A DNA stretch of 64,000 nucleotides, taken from NCBI GenBank assembly GCA_028826165.1, contig JAPDFW010000054.1:310001-374000 (forward strand). Direction: 5' to 3'. The notes beneath the pieces are model-generated. The model was not told the origin of the DNA, did no database searches, and was given only the letters and a program-made list of their open reading frames with translations. Positions 53,223 through 64,000 of this stretch are shown here, in pieces (positions within the stretch are counted from its first letter, which is position 1; every line of letters starts with the position of its first letter). Made by a program: the position numbers and the translations under genes. This DNA is from Anaeramoeba ignava BMAN (lineage: Eukaryota > Protista > Anaeramoebae).

Positions 53223-55059
53223 TTAAAAAATTAAGCATTTTTCTTTTTTATCTTGTGTTTTTTGATTTTGATTATTAAATTGCTTAATTAATAAATCAAA
53301 TAAATTTGGATTTGTTTGATTTAATTGAAAATAATCAATTCCAGTTTCTATTTCATCAATTATTTCTTGTGTAATTTGAATTTCATCTTTAATTTGATTT
53401 GAATAAATCCAATATTCAAATATTTGAAATGATTTATTACTTAATTCACTATAATCTGTAACTTTATTTGAAGTATCTTCTGTTACAGATAAAAACATTC
53501 CTCGATATAATTCACTTCTCATTATTAATATTAATTTAGGAAATTTATATTGTTTTTCTTTTCTTTCAATTATAAAATCTTTTTCATTTTCATTTTCATT
53601 TTCATTTAAATAAATTCTTTTCATTGTTTCTTCAATTTTTTCATTTGAATTTATAATTTCTTTAATTTCATAATATAATTTTGGATTTATAATTCTGTTT
53701 GAATAAATCATTTCAAATATTTGATTTGATTCTTTAATTGATTTTGTTGAAATAATTTCTTGAAGTTTTTCAATTTCATTTTGATTTTGATTTAATCTAT
53801 ATTTCAATATTAATTTATGAGCTTCTGATTATTTCTCCATTTTTGGTTTTAAATGAAATATCACAAAATTCTTTTCTTCCAAATAATTTTATCAAATCTT
53901 CTTCAAGATTGGAAAAAGAAGGAAGAGAATAATAAAGAAATGAATTATTATATCCACAAGAAAGATGATAATTGGAAATACTTTCATTAAATCTTAATTT
54001 AGGAAGTTCAATTTGAATTGGAATTTTTTGATTTTCTTTATCTCCAGTTCCTAATTGGCCAAAATAATTATCTCCAAATCCTATCAATTTTCTTTTAGAT
54101 GTTAAAATCAAAGTATGATCATCACCAACAGAAAAATCAAGAATATTATCATTTTCAAATAAAGATGATTTGATTTCAGTAAATTCATAAGCATCTTGAT
54201 ATATTTTAAGTCCATTTAATCGATAGTGACCACATGAATAAAGTTTTCTTTTTGGATTTTCATTTTCATCTTCTTCTTCAATCAACATTATTGAATGAAA
54301 ATTTCCACATTGAATATCAATTATTTTGCCTTTTGGAATATTTTTTATTTTGGTTAATTTCTCTATTTCTTTCTCTTCTTTTCTTGATTCTCCTAATCCA
54401 AGTTTACTAAATTGATTGCCTCCGCATCCAAATAACTCTTGATTTGAATTTAAAAGAAAAAAATGATTTGAAGTATTTCCTGAAAATATTTTAGAAACAT
54501 TTTTCATCATTAAAATTGGTTTTTTTGCTTTATCAAATGTTTCAAATGAGTCAGAACCAAAACCAATTTGGCTGGATTTGTTGGAATCAATCCTATAAAT
54601 ATTTTGATTTGAAGTTAATAAGTAAACAGAAATATTGGAGCAAAAAATATCTTCAATTATTCTATCATTTATATCTTCAATTAATGATGAAATATTGATA
54701 AATTGATTTGGATTTTTTGGATTAATATCTTTTCCTTTGGCAAATGCATTTCCTTCTATTGTTAAAATAGCTTCATTATCATAACCAACAGACACTTTTT
54801 GAATATTTTCTTCAATTTGAATTTTTTTAGGATTTTGATTTGAATTTCTTAAATATTCTATTGCTTTTCCATTTTTAAAAAGGAAAACTGTTGAAAAATA
54901 ATTTGATGCAATTTGTTTAATTTGTTTTTCATTTTCATTTTCATTTTCATTTTCATTTTCATTTTCAAATTTAAATTGAATTGGTTTTTTTATTTTATTT
55001 GGTTCATTTTCTAAAATAACTGGTGAATAATTTGAACCAAAAAATAAACAGTCATTCAT
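53223..55059 (-). CDS. RCC1-repeat + BTB-like protein ending in a CaaX box (CLIF)
   Basis: MNDCLFFG at 55059, one frameshift at ~53826, C-terminus KTQDKKEKCLIF*. Confidence 0.82.
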
Positions 55060-55445
55060 TTTTAAAAAAGAAAAAAAATGAAAAAATTTTTTTTTCAAGT
55101 TTTTAATTTTAATTTTAATTTTAATTTTAATTTTAATTTTAATTTTAATTTTAATTTTAATTTTAATTTTAATTTTAATTTTAATTTTAATTTTAATTTT
55201 AATTTTAATTTTGAATTTTGAATTTGATTTTAATTATTAAATTTGATTTTAATTTTGATTTTAATTTTGATTATAATTTTAATTTTGATTATTAATTTTA
55301 ATTTTAATTTTAATTTTAATTTTAATTTTAATTTTAATTTTAATTTTAATTTTAATTTTAATTTTGATTTTAATTTTAATTTTAATTTTAATTAATGATT
55401 TCTTGTTTAAAAAATTAAGCATTTTTCTTTTTTATCTTGTGTTTT

Positions 55446-57273
55446 TTAATTTTGATTATTAAATTGCTTAATTAATAAATCAAATAAATTTGGATTTGTT
55501 TGATTTAATTGAAAATAATCAATTCCAATTTGAATTTCATCAATTATTTCTTGTGTAATTTGAATTCCATCTTTAATTTGATTTGAATAAATCCAATATT
55601 CAAATATTTGAAATGATTTATTACTTAATTCACTATAATCTGTAACTTTATTTGAAGTATCATTTGTTACAGATAAAAACATTCCTCGATATAATTCACT
55701 TCTCATTATTAATATTAATTTGGGAAATTTATATTGTTTTTCTTTTCTTTCAATAATAAAATCTTTTTCATTTTCATTTTCATTTTCATTTAAATAAATT
55801 CTTTTCATTGTTTCTTCAATTTTTTCATTTGAATTTATAATTTCTTTAATTTCAGAATATAATTTTGGATTTATAATTCTGTTTGAATAAATCATTTCAA
55901 ATATTTGATTTGATTCTTTAATTGATTTTTTTGAAATAATTTCTTCAAGTTTTTCAATTTCAATTTCATTTTGATTTAATCTATATTTCAATATTAATTT
56001 ATGAGCTTTAATTATTTCTCCATTTTCGGTTTTAAATGAAATATCACAAAATTCTTTTCTTTCAAATAATTTTATCAAATCTTCTTCAAGATTAGAAAAA
56101 GAAGAAAGAAAAGGAGAATAATAAAGAAATGATTTGTCATATCCACAAGAAATATGATAATTGGAAATATCTTCATTAAATTTTAATTTAGGAAGTTCAA
56201 TTTGAATTGGAATTAAATGATGTTTTGTGTCTTCATTTCCTAATTGACCACAAGCATTATTCCCAATTCCGATTAATTTTGAATTGGAAGTTAAAATCAA
56301 AGTATGAAAATCACCAACAGAAATATCAAGGATAATATCATCATTTTCAAATAAAGATGATTTGATTTCAGTAAATTCATAAGTATTTTCATTTTTGCCA
56401 AGTCCATTATATAGAGAAAATCCACATGAATAAAGTTTTCTTTTTGGATTTTCATTTTCATTTTCAATCAACATTATTGAATGATAATATCCACATTGAA
56501 TATCAATTATTTTACCTTTTGGAATATTTTGGATTTTAGTTAATTTTTGTATTTGTGTTTCTTCTTTTGATTCTCCTAATCCAAGTTTACCATATTGATT
56601 ATTTCCGCACCCAAATAACTCTTGATTTGAATTTAAAAGAAAAACATAATTTGAAGTATTTCCTGAAAATATTTTAGAAACATTTTTCATCATTAAAATT
56701 GGTTTTTCTGTTCTTGGAAGTGTTTTAGAATCAAAACCAAGTTGACCAGATAGATTTGAACCAATTCCATAAGCATTTTGATTTGAAGTTAATAAATAAA
56801 TTGAACTGTATCCAGAAAAATATCTTCAATTATTCTATCATTTATATCTTCAATTAATGATGAAATATTGATAAATTTATTTGGATTATTTGGATTAATA
56901 TTTTTTCCTTTGGCAAATACATTTCCTTCTTTTGTTAAAATAGCTTCATTTGAATAGCCAATAGTTACTTTTTGAATATTTTCTTCAATTTGGATTTTTT
57001 CAGGATTTTGTGAATACGATAAATATTCTATTGCTTTTCCATTTTTAAAAGGAAAATTGTTGAAAAATAACCTGATGAAATTTGTTTAATTTGTTTAATT
57101 TCATTTTCATTTTCATTTTCATTTTCATTTTCATTTTCATTTTCATTTTCATTTTCATTTTCATTTTCATTTTCATTTTCAAATTTAAATTGAATTGGTT
57201 TTGTTATTTTATATGGTTTATTTTTAATAATTTTTGGAAATTTATTTGAACCAAAAAATAAAATTTCATTCAT
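55446..57273 (-). CDS. RCC1-repeat + BTB-like protein
   Basis: MNEILFFG start, frameshifts at ~57045 and ~56818, then the 415-aa C-terminal ORF. Confidence 0.8.
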
Positions 57274-57391
57274 TTTTTGAAAGAAAAAAAATGAAAAAAT
57301 AAATTTTCAATTTTGAATTTGATTTTAATTTTAATTTTAATTTAAATTTTCAATTTTGATTTTGATTTTAATTTTAATTTTAATTTTAATT

Positions 57392-59212
57392 TTAATTTTG
57401 ATTTTGATTATTAAATTGCTTAATTAATAAATCAAATAAATTTGGATTTGTTTGATTTAATTGAAAATAATCAATTCCTCTTTTAATTTCATCAATTATT
57501 TCTTGTGTAATTTGAATTCCATCTTTAATTTGATTTGAATAAATCCAATATTCAAATATTTGAAATGATTTATTACTTAATTCACTATAATCTGTAACTT
57601 TATTAGAAATATCTTCGGTTACAGATAAAAACATTCCTCGATATAATTCACTTCTCATTATTAATATTAATTTTGGAAATTTATATTGTTTTTCTTTTCT
57701 TTCAATTATAAAATCTTTTTCATTTTCATTTTCATTTTCATTTAAATAAATTCTTTTCATTGTTTCTTCTATTTTTTCATTGGAATTTATAATTTCTTTA
57801 ATTTCAGAATATAATTTTGGATTTATAATTCTGTTTGAATAAATCATTTCAAATATTTGATTTGATTCTTTAATTGATTTATTTGAAATAATTTCTTCAA
57901 GTTTTTCAATTTCATTTTCATTTTGATTTAATCTATATTTCAATATTAATTTATGAGCTTCAATTATTTCTCCATTTTCTGTTTTAAATGAAGTATTACA
58001 AAATTCTTTTCTTCGGAATAATTTTATCAAATCTTCTTCAAGATTGGAAAAAGAAGGAGGAGAATAATAAAGAAATGATTTTTGATATCCACAAGAGATA
58101 TGATAATTGGAAATATTTTCATTAAATCTTAATTTAGGAAGTTCAATTTGAATTGGAATATATTGATTTTCTTTATCTCCAATTCCTAATTGACCATAAG
58201 TGTTATTTCCAAATCCAATTAATTTTGAATTGTAAGTTAAAATCAAAGTATGGAAATCACCAACAGAAATTCCAAGAATATTATCATCATTTTCAAATAA
58301 AGACGATTTGATTTCGGTAAATTCATAAGTATTTCCATATTTTCCAAGTCCGTTAAATGGATGATATCCACATGAATAAAGTTTTCTTTTTGGATTTTCA
58401 TTTTCATTTTCAATCAACATTATTGAATGATTATATGCACATTGAATATCAATTATTTTACCTTTTGGAATATTTTGGATTTTGGTTAATTTCTGGATTT
58501 TGGAATCTTTTCTTCTTGATTCTCCTAATCCAACTTGAGAATAGCCATTCCATCCGCATACAAATAATTCTTGATTTGAATTTAAAAGAAAAATATGATT
58601 TGAAGAATTTCCTGAAAATATTTTAGAAACATTTTTCATCATTAAAATTGGTTTTTCTGTTCTTTTAAGTGTTTCAGAATCAAAACCAAGTTGACCAAAT
58701 CCATTTGAACCAATTCCATAAGCATTTTGATTTGAAGTTAATAAGTAAATTGAACTGGATCCAGAAATAATATCTTCAATTATTCTATCATTTGTATCTT
58801 CAATTAATGATGAAATATTGATAAATTGATTTCGATTTTTTGGATTAATATCACTTCCTTTGGCAAATACATTTCCTTCTTTTGTTAAAATAGCTTCATT
58901 TTGATAACCAACAGTTACTTTTTGAATATTTTCAATTTTAATTTGGATTTTCTCAGGATTTTGATTTGAATAATTTTCATTTAAATATTCTATTGCTTTT
59001 CCATTTTTAAAAAGGAAAATTGTTGAAAAATTTCCTGATGAAATTTGTTTAATTTGTTTAATTTGATTTTCATTTTCATTTTCATTTTCATTTTCTTTTT
59101 CATTTTCATTTTCATTTTCAAATTTAAATTGAATTGGTTTTGTTATTTTATCAGGTTCATTTTTAATAAGTTTTGGAAATTGATTTCTTCCAAAAAATAA
59201 ACAATCATTCAT
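57392..59212 (-). CDS. RCC1-repeat + BTB-like protein (intact, 606 aa)
   Basis: Uninterrupted ORF with GSNGFGQLG, ISVGDFHTLIL and GNNTYGQLG blades. Two BTB-like segments: IEAHKLILKYR and KDFII..FPKLILIMRSELYRGMF..FEYWIYS. Confidence 0.9.
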   Translation of the reverse strand: MNDCLFFGRNQFPKLIKNEPDKITKPIQFKFENENENEKENENENENENQIKQIKQISSGNFSTIFLFKNGKAIEYLNENYSNQNPEKIQIKIENIQKVTVGYQNEAILTKEGNVFAKGSDINPKNRNQFINISSLIEDTNDRIIEDIISGSSSIYLLTSNQNAYGIGSNGFGQLGFDSETLKRTEKPILMMKNVSKIFSGNSSNHIFLLNSNQELFVCGWNGYSQVGLGESRRKDSKIQKLTKIQNIPKGKIIDIQCAYNHSIMLIENENENPKRKLYSCGYHPFNGLGKYGNTYEFTEIKSSLFENDDNILGISVGDFHTLILTYNSKLIGFGNNTYGQLGIGDKENQYIPIQIELPKLRFNENISNYHISCGYQKSFLYYSPPSFSNLEEDLIKLFRRKEFCNTSFKTENGEIIEAHKLILKYRLNQNENEIEKLEEIISNKSIKESNQIFEMIYSNRIINPKLYSEIKEIINSNEKIEETMKRIYLNENENENEKDFIIERKEKQYKFPKLILIMRSELYRGMFLSVTEDISNKVTDYSELSNKSFQIFEYWIYSNQIKDGIQITQEIIDEIKRGIDYFQLNQTNPNLFDLLIKQFNNQNQN

Positions 59213-59279
59213 TTTTGAAAAGAAAAAAATGAAAAAAATGAATTTTCATTTTTATTTTTCATTTTAATTTTTTTTTATA

Positions 59280-62200
59280 ATGTCTCAGATATTTGAGACT
59301 TTTAAACTTTCTCGTTTTAAATCAAATAAATTTCTTCTTGAAAATTATCAAGATTGCAAATTTTATTTCCCATTTTTATTATTAGTCACAAGAAAAAATG
59401 AATTAATTTTGAAAATACTTACAAAGAAACATTTTGAAAAGAAACATTTTGAAAAGAAAAATTTTGAAAAGAAAAATTTTGAAAAGAAACATTTTGAAAA
59501 GAAAAATTTTGAATTACAAACAATAGAAAATTTTACTTTGCAAAATATTTCAAACTTTTTTATTGCTAAAAACTCAAATGGATCATTTCTTTTGACAGTT
59601 ATCGATTCTCAAAATAATGTTTATATTGTTAAAATCATTTTAAATTCAAATAATTCAGTTTCTTCTGAAAATATTTCTGTTGTAGAATCAAAACAAACAA
59701 CCAATTCAAATGGTCTTTTGTTGGATTTTAATTTGCAACTTTCCCAATTACAAAATTCAAAGCATTCAATTATCATTATCAAGCAAATATTTTCAAAAAA
59801 TCAAATTTTAAAATGCATTCAAAACGAAGAAACAAAACAATTTATTCAAACAATTTCATCAATAGAACTTCTTGAAATCAAAAATTCCCAAAAATATCAA
59901 TTTAAAATGTTGTGGATATTGAATAATAATGTGGCTGCAATTCTAAAATTCTCACAAAATCAGCTTTTTTTCAAACATCTATTTACTCTTCAACCTCAAA
60001 TACAAAATTCTTCAAATCAATCATTTTGTTGGACTTATAAATATTTATATGCTATTAATAATCATGCAGATATAATCAATATTTGGGATATTCAACAATT
60101 TTCCTCATATTTCTTTTCTGGATTTATCATCTTACAGAAAAGAACAAAAAATCTCCAATGAAAAACCTACCATTTTTGTTACAGATGATGATAGACAAGC
60201 CTTTATATATTTAAACAATTCAGATTTTTTTCTTGTTAGTTTTGATTCCTATTTTCATCAATATCCCAATCATTCAACACTCTTTAACGAACAATGCTTC
60301 CATTTCCTCAAATCATTCCGAAATGGTTTTGATCAAGAACAACATTTGTTTCCAAAACACACTCCTTTTGAAAAATATCATTCCGTTAATAGAACCAAAA
60401 TTCCTTCAGCAATGCAAGCCTATCTCCCAAGAAATATTCTCCGCAAAAATTGGTATTTTGGAAAAGCCATAATAAGTACAAAACATATCGGATTCTCTTT
60501 TAAAATGAATCCTCTCAATTTCGATTTCATGACTCGTTGGGATACTAAATCTCCCTATTTATTTTCTCCTCCTTGGACATCAAAATTCAGCAAATATTTA
60601 GTTTCAACAAAAACCTCTTTCAACACAAAGTCTTTGGATTCATCTCTAAAAAATACCCATATGAGCATTTCTCAAAATCAAATCATTCTATTTTCTCATC
60701 AAAATATCTCAAATGATTCCACATTGAAACTCCAATCCATTTCGAATTTTGGAAATGATTTTCTCCTGGTTTTTCAACAAAACAATTTGATTCAACTTTC
60801 ATTTTTATCAATCGACAAAAAACAAGCAAAACTCATTATAAATTCATATCCTTTTCAAGAACCTTGCTTCATAATTCACAAAGGAAATGGAATCATCTAT
60901 ACTCTTACTCAAAATCATATCAATATTTCCTTGCTTGCCATTTCTTTCTCTCAAATCATTGAGCATTTATTATCTGTCAATACTCTTGATAATTTCCAAG
61001 AAATCATCCAAATAAATCGTTGGGATATCCATAAAATATGGAAACAAATTTTTGAATTTAGTCTCAAAAATCAACGAACAGACATTTTAAAAAATCTCAT
61101 TTTGGAATCAAAAATTGATGAAAAATTCACTAGTTATTTGGTTGCATTTTCCAAAACGGTCGAGGATTTAATTATTATTAAGCATCATCAGTCGGATTTC
61201 AGGAGTTTTTTATCTTCTTTATTGCCCATTCTTACTCAATTAATCAACCAATATTCCCAACATTTTTTTTCTTCAATATCACTTGAATCCCAAAATTTGA
61301 TTGCAAAAGTTGAATGGAAATCTACCAAATACACACTTTCAGCAAATCTTCCAAATCAAATAACCAGTCATTTTGCGGAGAATTTTGTTTCACTTTCTCA
61401 AATATTTGCAGAATTAATTTCTAAAATTATCACTGTTTTCAATCCAATTACACACAAAAATGAAGATCAAAAAGATCCAATTTCTCACTCAAATAAATTA
61501 ATGGATGAAATGTTCCAATTTTGTATTGAAGGAGACATCTCCAAATCTTTGCAAATTCTCCATCAAATCATTATATTCCCAAATCAAAAAATATTTAGCA
61601 AAAAACAATGGAAATTAATCACATCCTTTCATTCAGATTTAGATCTTCTTGATGTCTTTAAACATGTATCTTTAGGAATTTCTCATTGGTTGTTTAGCCA
61701 AAACCATATTGAATTCGCACTTAAAATACTGAATGTTTCATTTCTTGATCCACATTCACTTCTTCATCAACTTTACACTCTGACGCTTGACAAAACAATA
61801 AGAAATATTTTAAAGCAGCTCATTCAATCCTCACAAGAAATTTCTTTTTCTGAAAATTTACTTTCCCTTTTGGATAATCAATCCAATATTTCTAATGATT
61901 ATAAACTTGTTCTTAATTCCAGAAAAAGAAAGTATCCTTCAGAAACCCAACTCAATATCAATCAATATCAACAAACCAAAAATCTCTCTTCAAAAATAAA
62001 AGAAAATTCAAGAAACAATAAGTTGTTGGAAAATTGGAATAATTTTTCAAATCAAATACAAGCTCAAAAAATTTACAATGAAATTTATTCATGTAGAAAT
62101 ATTGATGATGAAAAATTCAAAATTCCTCTTGAATCCCATGATTTTTCATCTCTTCCCATTTCTAATACCAACCAAAACAATCTTCCACAAAATCAGTTGT

Positions 62201-64000
62201 TAGAAATCAACTCTCCATTATATTTCGTTTCACGCTATTCTTGGTTTCAACAATGGTCCCAATCTACTCAACAAAGAATTTCTTTGGAATTTGACCACAT
62301 TTCCAATAATACCTCTATATTCCATAATTTTATACAGCAAAATTCACATCTAGAAACCCTTCTTTCAGACAAAATCCGTTATTTTATCAGCCGCTTTGAT
62401 TTCATATCACTATCTCATTTAATCAAAATTCATCAAAAAGAAATCGTTTCCGATAAGAAAACCGCACTTAAATTGTTTTCAAACTCACTTAGTTATTGTT
62501 CAAATTTTTTGAGAACCAAAATTGAAAATTATTTAATCCAAAATTCAATTCTTTCCTTCAAGAATTTTTCCAACTCAAAAGATTTTCTTTTCCATCTTTT
62601 TTACTCTTCACACTTTTTCCATCAAGAAATTTACGAAATTGTCAATAATAAAAATAACCTACTTCAAAATATTCAAATAAAATCAAATATTCATTCTGTT
62701 AATCAAATCTTAGAGCAGTTTATTATTTTTTGTGCTGAGAATTCTCTTTTCAATGTTCTTAATTTAATCATTTATCATTTCAACTTTCCTCTTGAAAATT
62801 TACTACAAAAAGAAAAACCATCTCAAATATTATCTTGGCTCAAGATTTTTGAGATTATTCAAAACGAATCAAATATTTTGCATTCTAATAATGAAAAAAT
62901 ATATGATCTTTCTCTTCTAAATTTTCAAGCAATTTCCAATATTGAAATTTCTTCAGATTATCCCTTGATTTGGATTAGTTCAATGATTTATTCTGATCGC
63001 TTTCCTTCTTTATTTCAAATCAATGAAAAAAATCAATCAAATGAAATCCATTCTTTTTTCAACAAATATTCAAAACTATACTCTTTTACATTTCCCCAAA
63101 AATTCCTTAATCAATTCGAGAAGTTTTCCAAAGAAAATGAGAATTGGAATAATCAACTCAATTATTTTTCTTCAAGATTTGATTGCTCGATTTTCCAATT
63201 AATTTGTGAAGAAAGAAAAATGAAAAATATCAAGTCTTATATATTACAAACAATTACAAAACCACTCTCAAATTTATTTTATGTTGCAAATCCAAATTAC
63301 CAAGAATCATTTGATATTGTATTCCATTTAATTTTTCAAGGATCCTTTTCAGGTTTTTATTTTTGGAATAAAACATTACACAATAAAATCAAGATAGATT
63401 TGCAACAAAATGATTATCTGAATACTTTGCATGATTTAGTTATGATTATCGCAATAGAAAATTTTCTCAATAACTCACATGTTGCCTCTTCTTTTGTTTT
63501 CCTTGAATTAATGGGAATTTCTACACAAAAAATGGTTTTGTTTTGTTTTATTTCCAAAATTCTCCATTTTTATTACCAAATTAATCAGCATCAATCACCA
63601 TTTTTTTATCAACAAAATGAAGACGAAAAAGAGCTTCAATCTTTGTGGGATTTCAAGATTATCAATTTCCAAAAAATGTTCAAAAATATTACGTTTTCTC
63701 CAAATATAAATCAAAAAGTGAAAAATCAGTTATTTTCTTTAATTATCCCAAATAAATCAGAAAATGTAGAAGCTATTTATCAACAACTACTTGAAGTTTT
63801 TAATTTTTTTCGAAAAAGAGTTCGGCAAAGATATTCTGTTAATAACTTTATTATAACATTTTGGATTTTCAAATCAATTCAATTATTTTCTACTTTTTAT
63901 TCGATTGATTTTAGCAACTCTTTAATATCAATATTTCTTGAAGATGGTGATTGGATTCATCTTCTTGATTTGTTTTCCAACTGTGAATTAAAATCTGAGC
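59280..64000 (+). CDS. Very large protein, probably spatacsin (SPG11, AP-5 partner); runs off the window
   Basis: ORF 59280-~60100, a 1-nt frameshift, then a frame that appears open to 64000 (spot-checked, and absent from the stop-terminated ORF track). SWFQQWSQSTQQRI, IAIENF..VASSFVFLELMG and SIFLEDGDWIHLL resemble spatacsin motifs as I recall them. Confidence 0.55.

Noticed and set aside
47382-59212. Diversity-generating retroelement as the cause of RCC1 hypervariability
   Set aside because: There is no reverse transcriptase or non-coding template repeat in the window, and I saw no sign that substitutions are confined to adenines.
2190-60110. More than a dozen single-base frameshifts, two at AAA-TAA (~2195, ~21690), suggesting Euplotes-type +1 programmed frameshifting or pseudogenes
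   Set aside because: Most sites lack AAA-TAR, both +1 and -1 indels occur, nearly all lie in homopolymers or repeats, and flanking catalytic motifs are intact. Long-read consensus error is the simpler explanation; short-read polishing would settle it.

Overview
This is extremely AT-rich, intron-containing eukaryotic (protist) DNA. The RCC1-BTB and BTB-TLDc expansions, microsatellite-filled introns and TCATTT initiator-like elements suggest an Anaeramoeba-like metamonad, but that assignment is inference. I reconstructed about 18 genes by hand using GT..AG junctions and phase checks. They are an ankyrin-DH-PH protein, YIF1, NHP2, a GH2 beta-mannosidase, an actin-fragmin-kinase/nitrilase fusion, an ependymin-like/saposin-like secreted protein, an Asn-repeat tandem-PH-like protein, a LisH-RasGEF, a catalytically intact Piwi, a MARK/AMPK-type kinase, a BTB-TLDc protein, ABI, six RCC1-BTB units in five genes and a probable spatacsin. 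Most long low-complexity ORFs in the track are microsatellite artefacts, and many genes carry single-base homopolymer frameshifts that are probably assembly errors. The top observations are: (1) two consecutive 3-nt microexons that rebuild the kinase motif W-x-N-E-G-N; (2) an RCC1-BTB array with CDR-like hypervariable patches, a fused double unit and variable CaaX tails; (3) a Piwi N-terminus built from five duplicated phase-1 exons; (4) the kinase-nitrilase and ependymin-saposin fusions; (5) a 10 x ~171-bp satellite.
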